Below are positions 36,337-49,747 of a stretch of 64,000 bases of DNA, piece by piece. Numbering within the stretch: the first letter of the stretch is position 1; every line of letters begins with the position of its first letter. Under the pieces are notes generated by a model. It was not told the DNA's origin. It ran no database searches and saw nothing but the letters and a program-made list of their open reading frames with translations. Both the position numbers and the translations under genes were made by a program. This DNA comes from Lingula anatina (lineage: Eukaryota; Animalia; Brachiopoda): the NCBI GenBank assembly GCA_051362555.1, contig CM120642.1, forward strand, positions 28,086,001 to 28,150,000, in the 5' to 3' direction.

Positions 36337-39300
36337 ATATACTTTACCAAAAATGTGAAAGAGCATGTATGTTGAAATAGTCACAAATTATGACACTCTA
36401 AAATTATCAGCCCTTGCTTAGCTATGTCTTAATGAACATAATTCCACATCAAAACTGGGGAGGGGGGGGGGGGGGCGCACACCAGGTCAAAAACTGAAAG
36501 GTGTGACAGAACCAGTCACCTGTGTACCCATGGGGCAATTGAAAATAAATACCACTTTATACTTCAATGCCCGATGTACAAAACAGACCGAGAAACCTGG
36601 AAGTTCTTTAGTAAAATCTCAATCCTAAAAGCTGATACAAAGTCACCAGAAAGTCAATTATGTAGAGTTTTTAACAGTGCCAACAAATACAATTTAGTCT
36701 CCCTCTCCAATTTATTAATAAAACCATTCAAGAAAAGAAATGAAGTGGTAGCTCTGCTTGGTAACTCTTAGGACATTCCTTGAAAAAAAAGTCAGCGTGT
36801 GCCCTCTCATCAGTGGAAGTAAACATGGCACATGGTCAAGAGTCACAATATTTATGTAACTATGTTATTTACTTAATATCTATTTAATTACGTAGTTGTA
36901 GTTCTTCCTCTCCAGCTTATAAATTTGACTCACTCTGTACTGTGTGACCTATGATTGTGGCCATATGCTTCTTGATATGTGTTTATGGTAAACTTATACC
37001 AAGAATTACACCAAGAAGTTCTATCTCACCGTTTAGCTTGAATATATTATTAGTAAATTTAACTTGTACATCAGATATGTATTTGTTCAGACACATACTG
37101 GCAACACAATTACTAATAAGAGAATGGGAGTGCACAAATTGTATAGTTGTTATAATTGTATATTAATATTTTGTATTGTAAAAGGTCATGATAATCTATG
37201 TACCAGTACAGAAATGAACTGAGTACATACGAAACATGCTTGTCTGGTAACATCAATCTGAAACTCACTTTTTTTTGTCTGAGTACACCTTCATTAACCA
37301 TTGTCCATTTTTCATATGTTTATTGTTCAGACAGTCCTTGAAGCACATTGGTCAGAAAAAATTAAGATCTTCATTTGGATTTAACTTCATTCATTTGGGT
37401 TTAATTTCATAACCTTGCAGACCAATGAATATTCAGACCCATTTTTAAATGTACCAAATTAAAAATTGTCAGTTTTTCGTCATTTTTGCACCAGCCAACA
37501 TTCAGATCAAAGAATTGTTAGACTAATAAACAATGAAACCAGTATAAAAACCCATTTAAAACATATAAAAAAAGCTTTACTGGACAATTGTAATCATCAT
37601 AATTCAGTAATTATACTGGGTGAAGCAAGGGCCATTTATGAATGAAGATATTGCATTTTGACATCATCTTTCATCAGATTTTATTTAAAACATATTGATA
37701 TTAATATACTTATATTAATATTAAGATTTATTTTCTTACCTGGCAATAGGTTGTGGACAGACAGGTAAACATTATACCAGCCCAGAAGCTGATTAGACTT
37801 AGTCGGACAGTGGCCATCGTCAAAGTCAGTCTAAATATAAAATCATATTGAAAAATTACCATCAGTTTATAATATGTAACTAAGCAATAAATACATAAAT
37901 AAATAAAGTTTATTTTGAATTCACAAAGATGGTGAGGATTAAACTCCACAAATAAACAAAAAAGATCTGATGAAAAACAAATTAGACCTTAGACTAGAGA
38001 GGAGGCTTTTAGCCTGGTAAAATCACCTAATAGTATATTTAACAAATTCTTTTTTTACAAAATGTAAGTCAGAGAAGAATCTCATCAGCTGTGTCATGCT
38101 ATAAAAATTAAGTAATTTTTTTTCTTCAATCAACAGCTTTATATTGGAGTAAATACTGAAGGTAAACTATTTCAATAATAAGCTGTTCAATGAAGAAAAA
38201 ATTACCTTACTCTTTTCTTACAAAAGATTTCAACAAGCGTAATATGAACAATTGTGCATTACTATTACTGGGGATATATATGGCTAGATTGTTATTACAT
38301 ACTAGTAATTTTGTGGTAAGCAGCATCAAACTACTTCATCACTGATAATCAAATTGTACCAAAGTACATACCGTAAACAAAACAAACATGAATATCAAGC
38401 CAATTCATTTTGATGAATGCAAATTTAAGAGGTGATAAAAAAATTAATGAAAATTTAAAGATTCATGAACAAATAGACAAAGGAGGAGCACAAAGGAAAA
38501 AATCATTGTTCATCGACTGTTTTATGCAGCTGGATCACATTTAACAAGAAGTGCTATTCCAAATGTGTTAACCACAAATAGGAGATTTTGAATTACTAAT
38601 TGGATCTGCACCTCTGACCAAAATCAAGTATGAATAATACGACTCTATGAAAATCAATATGCATGAACAGACAAAAAGACTAATGCCCAAGTTTTATGGA
38701 TAGTCAAATTTAACCAACATTTCAATTTTCAGCTTTTGTTAATTTTAATTATTTATAATTGCTTTCATTAAATTTCAGGGTGGATGTCAGTATTAAATCT
38801 ATTTACATACAGCAATGCTACTAAAACGAACAACATCTGAACTGTCATAGTGGAAATGGATAATATTTTTCCTTTTCCCTCCGAGAAAAAGAGCAATCAC
38901 AGGAAACATGACATTCAATTAATTAGATCAAGTTTCTCTCCATTCAAAACAGAGCTTATATAATTATCAGACCTCTGACACACCTGCCGTCCCTAATTTT
39001 CGTATGCAAATGTACATCCTCATTAGTCTGTACCTACTGTCAACTAATTAACACCAAGTTGGTATATAACCAAAATGGGAGAAACCTTTCCAGAAGTTTC
39101 AAATCCTTAGTGACAGGGAGCAGCTTTCCCAAAAATATTCAGAAGACTTGACATACAAGGCACACAGTCAATTTTGAAAAGTCTGGTAAGTTAACATTTC
39201 ATTATTCATTTCTTTCTTTTATCTTTTCTGCCTTTTTTGTTCTTTTTTTCTCATTGAAGTTGAAGTTGAGTTACTTCATAAAATTTTTTTAATACATTTT

Positions 39301-42300
39301 TATTTTCAGGATTTTCTCAATTCAGTTAAAAAAATTTTGATAGGTTAAAATTTAACTGATTTTATTATTACTTCAATTCCTCTTAAAAATGCAAGACACC
39401 AACCAAAAAGGATTAGAAAAGGAATTTTTTAATTAAAATTAACCTCTTTTTATTAAAAAAAAACTTTTGAAATTTCTCTTCTAAATTCTCTTGCTTCAGT
39501 TAAAATTTTTTCATAATTTAGGATTTAATCCATCTATTAATTTCCCAAAAAGTGAAAAATAAAATCAAGCAAAGAGGAGTAGATAAAGCAAGTATTTTCC
39601 CTAAAAAAAAAAAAAAATAGAAAAAAAAAAAAAAACAAATTAAATTTTTGAAATTTTCTTAACTTAGTTTTAATTTTAACTTCAAATAAATTCAAACCTT
39701 ATATATATTATGAAATGTTCCATAGTTAATTTCAGCCTTACATGGCAAAACTTTTCTTTAACAATATTTTTATAGCAAACATCAAAATTTCATCTTCTTC
39801 AGATAAAATTATCAATACATTTAACCATGTATACTATTGCTACATTCAGTTTGACAAAAAAAAAAAAAAAAAAAACATTTTTACCATAAATGCATTAGTT
39901 TAATTAATCTTAATTAAATGAATCTGAATTTCCAACATTTTTGTGAACTTCTGTCTTTCAATCTCTCCTAGACTTGAATATCCAATTTCAATGACCAATT
40001 GGAATTAAAACTAAACAACCCTTTAACTCTTATAAAATATGACAACCCAAGAGATATGTTTATATCATCCCTTGATTCCAACTTTTGTTTACACACATTA
40101 AAAGAAAAATAACTCCAAGAAGACTTCTTACTGAATGCTAACCAAACAGTACAGTTCAAAACAGAAAACACTTCCAAAGTATTGAAAACTTCTTTCTGAC
40201 ATTAAGTAATCACTTATCCAAACATTATGCACAGTATTTTCTTTCTTCTCTTTTTTTTTCAAAAAAAAAAAAAAAGAAACTCCAGCTGAATAAGTTTTAC
40301 CAGCAGCATTTTTGTGAAGGGTGATTTTTTTTTCTGAACTGTCATCTAACCATTTCCCCCATTGCTCTCCGTTTTTTTTTTAATCATTTCATTAAGTAAA
40401 GCTCTAAATTTCCTCCTGAAAATTTTCAACTCGTAACCATAAAATGTTATAAGGTGACCTTTGATATTCTGATGATATCCAGGCCCTATATAAGTGATGG
40501 AAAATGATGAAAATCTCAGTCTTATTGGATTTTCATCCAGATGATACTTAGACAATGGAATGAGCAGAGGACGGTTAAAATTTTTCAAAAGGAGACCATT
40601 TCAGCAAACTAAGGATGCAGTTGAACTGATTAAATGGATAGCAGGGCTGGTGCTTTACTAAGATAGGGAGTCCTTTTTTTTTCAAAAAAAAAAAAAGTAT
40701 AAAAAATTAATGAGATAAGAAATTGTTTACATTTCAGCAGATACATTGAATCAGCTATGGGATTTTCCATACTAAAAATTTGATGTCAAAAGATGTCAAT
40801 TTCTTTTATTTTGTTTCAAGAGAAAAACTTCAGGAAGAATTTTCAAGAAATACTGTTATTTATAAACTTCGCGTTCCATTTGTGATATTATGAACATAAA
40901 GGACCAACCTGTGCAGCTCCAGTATCACGTGAATGTTTTATTCAAGCAAATAGCTGAATGGTGGAGTGTTCTCAGCGAAGTCACTCTTTAGTGAGGTTTT
41001 GTTACATGTTACATTGATACAAAATATTCAGTGAACATCTAACAAAAGTCATTTTTGAGTGAAGAGACAGCATCAGAAGAGAACAATGGGGAAACCAGCA
41101 AAAGCTATCAAATTAAATCTATGCTTATGCTTTTGATGACCGATATCCAAATTAAGAATTAATCATAAAAATTGCTGCATTTTAGCACAAAGGAAGCAGA
41201 CTATTGGGATGTGTAAAATACCATAATTGCATCAGCCAGCAACTCCAGCTACGTTTTTAAAAACTGAGTTTCCAAGGCCTGGGTTTGTAGTGTGGTCTTG
41301 TTTCATAAAAGCTTCATGACCACAATGCAATTTCCAACGTCTTGGGAATCATACACTGCTACACAGGACTAGATAAGTGAAATCATTAAAACAAGATGCT
41401 AGATCAGATATCACTTTCAATAAAAGGTCAATAGCCATGGGCTTTTAATATTATAGTCTGGTTAAATATAGGTTCAATTATATTCTATTTTGGCTAATTT
41501 CTTAATTTTTACTTCATACACAAAAAGCATATTATTATTTATGATCACTGGTACATGTAGGGCTATAATTATGGACTCTAAAATTTTGCGTTTCCGTCTA
41601 CTTAATTTAAAACTCATTAGTAAAAGTTTACGGCATGCGTTAATTAATAATGTGTTTAACACACGCACATACACAAACACACGCGCACACACACACACAC
41701 TCAGTTCAGATTTAATAATCTGACTTTTGGTCCCTGTGGTGTTTAGCTTGAGTTAGTTACCCTAGCAGCCGTCATTTTGTAGCACTAAGTTGGTTTTTAA
41801 ACTTAATTTAAAACTCGTTAGTAAAAGTTTATGGCATGCGTTAATTAATAATGCGTTTTACACATGCACATACACAAACACACGCGCACACACATACTCA
41901 GTTCAGATTTAATAATCTGACTTACGGTCCCTGTGGTGTTTAGCTTGAGTTAGTTACCCTAGCAGCCGTCATTTTGTAGCAATAAGTTGGTTTTAAAACA
42001 AAAGTTTGCAAACAGTTTTTATTATGTCAGCTGGGGCAGTAAAAAAAAAAAAAAAGATATTATATCTCCTTGGGTTGTGACTTTTTTTTTTCTCTCAAGA
42101 ACTGTCACTTTAATCAATATCCATGGGGTATAAATTGAAGCCACAGACTTAGTCATCCTTAGGTCTAATATTTCCATTCATCAGCAGACAGTTCTGCTTA
42201 AAACTCTTTCCTTCCTCTCAAATTTTGATAAATGTCACAACATTAATACTTCTCATCATCTAATATATTAAGTATTTATCAATGCATATCAGCTTACTAG

Positions 42301-45300
42301 TTTCTTTATACTTCATTTTATGTTAAATTATAATAAATTATTTATCTACTTACCATTTTTAATTCAATTTCATTTTATGATCACTTTCATTCAATTTCTA
42401 TTTTGCAATTAATTGTCAACTTCCCAATTTTTCCCCCTACAAACAAAGATATTTAACATTGCACTTCATGTTTAAAGCCTGGCACTTGAAAAGTATTTAT
42501 TAATTTATTATACAAAGAATTGTCCATGCTGGATGCAATATCATTCAGAAAATGGAAATTTATCAATTAAATACAATCATAAAAAATCCATGCAATTGCT
42601 TTCAGGGCATCATATGACAAAAAATTGATATGATTGAAAAATAATAAAAACCAAATATCAAATTCAGGATGTCGAGTGTTTTTTTTTTTTTTTTTCTTTT
42701 TTTTTTAATATCATGGACAACAAAAAACTGAATTTGTCTTGATTGTCAGTGAATTCTTGAATTTTATTTTTAAAATATAAAACCGATTCTTATCAATAAT
42801 GATACTGTCAAAGTTGTGTTATAATATTATTATAGCTGGTGTATTTTTAAGACGAAATTTCCTTCTTATCCATTTCAGGCATGAACCAGGAATTGTCCAA
42901 TCTTAAAGACAGAAGAGACAAGAAAATGATAGGCATGACTACAATGGTGTAACCTAGATGTCACAGTTGGTATATAACAAACTGGGCAGCTTTTGCACTA
43001 AAATAGCCTTGCCTCTTCACAGCCAGGAAGGCAAAATGATTTCATTTACAGATACCATAACCTGGTCAGGAGAGCACATTGCTACTTAGAGTCACAAATA
43101 TTCAAATAAAGCACAAAACGCATTAGGGTTACTTCCAGTTACCTAAACCAAAACAACCCCTTACATAACGCAATACTTTGCATAACACAATATAATGCAC
43201 AAACAGGAAAGCAAGACACCACAAAATTTGGCAAGTTAAAAAATCTCAGCCTGCTTTTTGTTAAATAAAGCCGACTAGTATATTTCAGGTTAAAAAACGA
43301 TCAAAAAAAAAAAAAAAAAACATTAAGTTTGGTAGATATTGGTAAACATCACAGGACCACAAACAGAAAAATTCAATAACCTAGTACATAGCTTGAAATT
43401 ATGAAATTGTGCTGGTTTGCAGCCTAACCTTTTTTGGTCAAACAGAGTGCCATAGTAAATCTAAGGTGGAACAAAAAAAAGTTTAGCAGATGTGTCAGAC
43501 AACTGGCAACAGTAATGACATGTAAAAACATAGTCAGGTAATCAGAATTTAAACAGACACTTAATGTCTGCATATATGAAATAATACTAAAGAAACATAT
43601 CAATTCTGGACATCCTTGCTATACATCAAATAGTGCCATTTTTTCAACAAACGATTTTTATACATTAGAAATTTTTTGAAAAAAGTTAGAAATGAAAATA
43701 TTTGTCTTTAAGAAGAATTCTTAGCTCTGCAGCTGGGGTTTGAAAATAAGAATTGAAAAGTTCATCTTTGTTTTGATTAGAGACAGAATATCAATTTCAC
43801 TGCAACTGACATTATTTTGAACTGATATAAGAGGGTTAAAAATACACACTAGTACACAAATATTTATAACTTGTATAAAGGTGGCTGTAACAAACTAAAC
43901 ACAATCTTAATTCTTATTATAAGAATAAGGACGAGCTAATGTGTTGAAGTTAAATTTGAAATAATGTGACTGTGATAAACTAAGGTTCAATCTCACATTT
44001 GATCGTGATTTAAAGGTCTGATTGGGAGGTTTACAAATCTTATTGTGTTTAGTTATAACCACCTTTTATACAACAGACATGCTGAAACTGTCGGTCCGAT
44101 CGGTCATGACCGGCAAAATTTGTCTGGACCGGTAAAAAATTGGACTAAGTGGGTCCAAAGGATTTTGAATTCACAGCCGTCATTTGACATACTTCACTAA
44201 TAAAATTATATAAGACCCAAAGCGTTTTTCCCTTCCATTTCAAACCTATCACATTCACAAACAAAGTAAGCTACCCTAATAACATTGGTAGTATCTGTAT
44301 CAAACAAATAGGGTGATTTTTGGTTCGACAAAAAGCCATTCGGTCCGGCATTTTTTTCATTACTGCCAGTCCAAATGACTGACCATTCTGGATAGTTTTC
44401 AGCATGTCTGAAACAACCACCTTTATCTAGTAATAACCTTAAAGATAGTCTGTCCCTATAAGTAACTCATTAAAATATATATCCACATCATGAAAATACT
44501 AGAGTCAACACTCATAATGGTTTACAGGGGGGGGGGGGTTATTTAATTGTTACTGTCCGTGTAATCTTTGTACTTGTGTATAGCGCAGTCCCTTGTACTA
44601 CATATTGCAGTAAAGCAAGCTGAACTCCATAAACCTTAATCTCTTGTTTACCCCTGAAGAGATCAAAATGTGCAGAAAATGTTTGGAAATGACTAGAAAT
44701 TATCACTTAATTAATTTTTTTGGCTCTAGAAAATGCTGTTGTCCATGATGATTCAAAATCAAATAATATATTTGCTGTTAAGGAATACTTTATATTGATA
44801 GCTATATTGGTTGCTAAAAAATTGCAAAAATGAAATTTTTACCCCCAAAAAAAGGCTTCTACCTCAATTAGGACTAGCAGATTTTGAAACAGGGGTTACA
44901 GCTAGTAACTAAAGTCTATTAATAATATACCACGGTATTCCAAAAGTCACTTGTACCAGCCTACCAGGTGACAGCTGTTTTGTGCTAACCTGTCACAGCA
45001 TCCATCCTTTGGACCCATTCTGAATGGAGGCTCCAGAAATTCATTACATGCCACTGAGCCAAATGCATGGCTAGTTGTAACAACTATATCGTGCCAAAAA
45101 AAAAACATGCTAGTTTTCCTGGAAGCGGTTTCAATTGCAATCACAATATCTCTTGTGTCAGCTTCCTCTTGGACATATTTTCAGTCTTCTGAAATTTAGT
45201 TTTTGACTATGGATAGCAGCCACAATATGAATACAGGTGGGATATTAGACCTACAAAGCCTCCAGCAATGACTTGAAGCTGCTTAGCACTTTGAAGCCCA

Positions 45301-48011
45301 TTTTCCTGTGGTCCTACAATCTGTAAGCCATATTCATACAGGACAACTACTAGTAGTTAAATTTATTCTGTTTGTTGCTGGTACTAGTATACATATTATT
45401 GCTTTAGTAGAGGAAGATAAAGGTTTCATATCTTGACTTCCAAGTATCTTAGTATGATGCCAGATCCCAACCCTTGTGTTAAGTAAATAAATGTTACATC
45501 CGTTTAAAACTTGATTGATTTACACCTAACTGTAAGAAGCCAGTAATGATGGGATTTTGTTTTTGTGACAATTTGCTAAACACCTCTGATTGTTAAGTCT
45601 GAAAAAGGCCCATGGCATTATATATCACAGAACCTGGGATGTTTGAGAGTCTAGCAGCAGCAAAAACTACTGATAGAAGTAACTACTTATAGAACTACTT
45701 AACTACTTATAGAAGTATGCTCACAATTAAAAAAATGTAAAGGTTCTATACAAAAGCAAATTCTCTTTAACTAATATCGTAATTAAATGATGACCTCACT
45801 GTAAGTTGAAAAAAATTAGGTGACTTATAATATATTGTAATATATTGTAATATTGTTGGGTTAATTAAATTTCAGGGGTGCAAATCACAGAGAATTTAAC
45901 TAGTAAGTCACTGCAAAACTCTGTAAGACTTCTAAATCAATTTCTGAAATAACAGTCCATATACTATCGTGAGCATGAAGTGCATCACAAATTACCACAA
46001 AGCCCTCATCCCTAGGCCTTATAGTGCCCAAGTCTGCTTACATAATGATTCGATATTCTGATACCTGAATTCCCTGGGCAGTGGAGCGTAGTGCTTTGAC
46101 AAAATGCTCTGTGTTGGAAGGAGAAACATCCCCTAGATCAACATGCCGGCACTGCAGACGCCGTGGTACTGGCTTCACTTTCCAGTCAGCCTGGCGAATG
46201 CTAGCAGAATCTGGGTGGAAATCGGGAAGAGCTCCTGTTTGATCGAGTTGCACTTTTCTAATGAGTCTTCTTTGGTGCAACTAAAGAACCAACAAATAAC
46301 GGAACATGACACAAAAATTGAGAATGAAACTTTCAACATGGAGATTGCACAAGGAATATATTTGCAATTTACAAATTATTTACTGTAGTAGAGTGATATA
46401 CAAACCATTAAACTGAACTTGACAGCTGTTAGGTCCTTGCAAATGTTTTTGTCAACCCTTTGTAATTTATTTTTGCTTATCGACATGACTGTCCATTTCA
46501 ATATATTCTGTTACTGTGTCTCTGCAAACTCATCCACTCATCATGAAAATATATTTGAAATATGTTTTTTGTGTGTGTGTGTGATTTTACCTGGTGCACA
46601 TCTCTGTCAAATGTTCTACATAGGTCAGCAAGAAAAATCACTGCCTCTGGAGTCAGCAGAGTCCTGAAGTGCTCCTCATAGCCCACAGGTGGTGCTTCAA
46701 CTTCGACATCTTTTACCCCAAGCTAAAATGTAAAAGCATCAAAAAAGCTTAATTTAAACATGTATCTATGAAATGAAATGCTATATAACTTTTATTTACG
46801 AATAGAAATATTTACTTTATCAGAGACATTACATTGGAGTTTTTTTTTTTTTATTATTTCTGATGTCTGACTTCTTATTGAATATCACATGTCTTAAATG
46901 CTTGTAATATCTCTTTTGTGAAATAACATTTCACTCCCATGTGTAGGAAAGAAACTGACCTTTCACTCACTCTCAGAATAAAACAACTTAAAAGTGCATA
47001 TTCAACATAACAATTATTTCTCCTGTTTGGAACTTGATCTAGTCATAAGCCAAGTGAAGAAAAGAGTAGGCATAAATCACATACACGTATACATTTGTGA
47101 AGATGAGAGATAAGTGATGGAGATCTTTTCACACAGAGATGAGTGAACGATTAATTTTTACTAGTACTGAGGTACCTTGGCGGTATTGATAAATGATCAT
47201 CTTTCAGACTCAAGCACAGCAGTAAATCTTTTTTTTTTATGTAAAAAGAAGGCAGTTTTAGTATCTGATCAACTGGGTTAATCCAAGAGCAAACAGGTTA
47301 GGGCTAATCTGGGCCCCATATCCCAAAAACATTGCGCACTGCGACCATGGCAAGCGTCTCGATTCCACAACTCGCCTATACTCTCCCCACATAATACATT
47401 GTAGCCTCTATGTGATATCGCTATTCACAATACGCGATGCTTTCCTGACACTGGGCCCTGCTCTCCATTGGCAGCAAAAAGCCTTTGCCTTACAAAAGTG
47501 TGGGTCATGTTAACATCAGACAAATAAGCTAAGAGCTCTGTCACACCTCCAATCAATTCCAAGACTATTTTGGCCATAAATTCCTCTAATTTCTTAATTC
47601 CCTCTATCCCAAAATTACTCTATATGTTATAATACTGTACATGTGTTCAGCCAAAACAAACATGAATGATGCCAAAAAAATGTAACTACATGTTCAGCTT
47701 AGCTGTTTAACTTATACCATATGACTAATGTATGCAGGTCCCAGCTACTGGCACTGTAAAGTCACAGTATGGAATTACGTGACCGAAGTGATCAGCAACT
47801 CAGTATTAAATAAATAACGAGTTGTCCTTGCTGGAATGCTGGTCTTGACATTATGCATACAGTGAATACATACTCGTTCTAGTTCCTTCATCAGATTCTT
47901 CCGATCATCAACATTTGTATTTGCTGCTCCTTTAAGTGCAATCTTGCTACTTCTAAAATTACTAAGAGCAGGAGAAAGAAAATGTGACTTATAAACTTCC
48001 AACCTGTTCAT
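24781..48011 (-). CDS. Malate synthase A-type enzyme, ~586 aa, 13 coding exons
   Basis: Exons (high to low): 48011-47874, 46722-46591, 46280-46065, 37830-37740, 35000-34924, 34458-34348, 33795-33736, 33278-33122, 31116-30924, 29869-29791, 27239-27147, 25517-25377, 25053-24781; phases are consistent. Motifs: [92 protein letters not shown]. Confidence 0.93.
28188..28401. mobile_element. MITE family 2 copy (malate synthase intron)
   Basis: TTTTAGATCGATCTATC..GGGGAGTCTCACTAGATTACTGTCAGATAATCC is shared with 12300-12513. Confidence 0.7.
33874..34042. mobile_element. Non-autonomous DNA transposon with a 5-bp TSD
   Basis: TIRs CAGGGGCGGATCTAG / CTAAATCCGCCCCTG flanked by GCTTA at 33869-33873 and 34043-34047. 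Confidence 0.8.
36060..36337 (+). mobile_element. Degraded 3' fragment of a non-LTR retrotransposon with a (TAAA)n tail
   Basis: YCSEIWG followed by [27 protein letters not shown] resembles the post-RT region of invertebrate LINEs; it ends in a TAAA microsatellite. Confidence 0.6.
41600..41997. repeat. ~200-bp tandem duplication in the large malate synthase intron
   Basis: ACTTAATTTAAAACTC.TTAGTAAAAGTTTA..TAAGTTGGTTTT occurs twice, head to tail. Confidence 0.9.
43871..44410. mobile_element. Two abutting TIR elements (43871-44073 and 44074-44410)
   Basis: TTGTATAAAGGTGG..CTAAACACAAT / ATTGTGTTTAG..CCACCTTTTATACAA; CAGACATGCTGAAACT / AGTTTTCAGCATGTCTG. Confidence 0.7.
47311..47458. mobile_element. 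MITE family 1, second copy (in malate synthase intron)
   Basis: GGGCCCC...GGGCCC termini with a CTG duplication; the interior aligns with 1768-1914. Confidence 0.7.
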
Positions 48012-48269
48012 TTTGTTTTTATGTGCTGCAGTTATGTACCTCCTGACACAAAAGAAAAGGACAGGCTACATGTCACAGTCGGATTGAATGTGGCTCTCTT
48101 GGATCACGCTCGGCCGTCACCTTGAGATCAAAAGAAATCTTTATACTAACATATTAGTCAACCATATCAAAAAGAAAAAAAAAATTAAAGCCTGCCTTTT
48201 AAAAGTATTTTTAAACGAATTTCATGAAAAGAAATAAAAATTTATAAAAAAAAAATTTTAAAAATAAAA

Positions 48270-48306
<37 letters not shown>

Positions 48307-48490
48307 AAAATTGACATATTTTCGCCTTTCTGATTTTGGCATTGAAAGTGGGATATTAATGCATTTTCAGGTAATAGAAAAAATAAGCAATAGGCCAATT
48401 TTGTTACTTTTTAGTCTAACACATCTTTTGCGATATTGATATTGATGGCCAGTAAAACAATGACGAATCCCGTAGGGCTAAAGATGCAAG

Positions 48491-48540
48491 AACACACCAA
48501 GACATTTCTCTCAAGTTTATTTTCCCATCTTTCTTTTATT
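48491..48540 (-). terminator. Probable poly(A) signal of USP38
   Basis: Minus-strand AATAAA at 48535-48540 and 48516-48521, followed by GU-rich TTGGTGTGTT (48491-48500). Confidence 0.5.
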
Positions 48541-49747
48541 TGATTTTGAAAATTAAAACAGTCATATGTTACTGAAAAAAAAAAAAAAAAACACTAGCAA
48601 TTTGTAAGTGAATGTCTTGTCAATTATTATATGATATAATTTTAAGTTTTCTTTTTCAACAACTTATCAACACTTAAATCTAATTTTTACACATGATTTG
48701 GAACTGTTTAAATTGATATACTGGTATCTGGTATGTAACACCAGCCAGAAATGTTTCAGTGATTTAAGTCCAAGTTATTGTTGAGCATTGTTGGTGCAGA
48801 AAGATATGCAAATACTGTTAACACTGTCATAACAAAATCTGTTAACCATAATAACATTATGACGTGCACTGTCTAAGTGAACAAGTATATACCAAAGATA
48901 AAAAAAAAAAAAAAAGAACCAGACACAATAATAACTGCAATGGAAATGAACTACAGAGATTAAATTATAATATTAAGCAATTTTTATCAATATTAATCTT
49001 TAATAATGAATACGATGTGTGAAGTAATCAAACACAACTACAGTAATTAATCACAGTTATCAAAGACAAGTATCAAGTCCATAAAATTTTTAGTGCCAAT
49101 AACACTAACAGTCTATTGTACAAGTAGAATCTATATCAAGGGGAGGCACTTCTATTACGAAAAAAAATGCAATACAATGAATGGAAACAATTACTTGTTT
49201 TCAGGGTACGTTTACAGAAATGAAGCCAAAACAGAGGTAGAGCTTAAGTACAGTTATAAGAACCCTCCACAAATAGGTCAAATCTAATTACTTGTCTGTG
49301 TAAAAGAAAGATTACATTGATTGCCCTCACTTATTGTATTAGTTCTTAATGTATTTTCTCAAAATCCAAACAGTCACATCTTCATGAATCTATAAGAAAA
49401 CAATCCTTCAGTTAGAGTGTACTTCAAATGTTAAGCACCGCTTATAAAAGCATGATAAAACTTCATGCATCTAAACGACACAGAAAAAATTAGAGAATTA
49501 AATAACAATACATGCAGCAGTTTAGAGAAATAACAAACACAATTTCTCTTTATAATGTATCAACTTTACTACATGACATGTACTACTGTAAGGATCTGTT
49601 ATGTACCCATAAATAATTGATATACAGGTCTAACCATTTTTTAGATTCTGTAGAATCAAGTGAGTTTTTGCTTATCCATAATAGGAATCTACTCTGACTA
49701 TCATATATATTATGCACTTGAAGATGAACAACTGTCCAATCAAATGT

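Noticed and set aside
36900-37330. Possible minus-strand LINE RT remnant (LLGVILG-like)
   Set aside because: Too degenerate to call.
38950-41350. Stretches in the 8-kb malate synthase intron that may be decayed retroelement sequence
   Set aside because: I could not recover a recognisable motif or a consistent frame.
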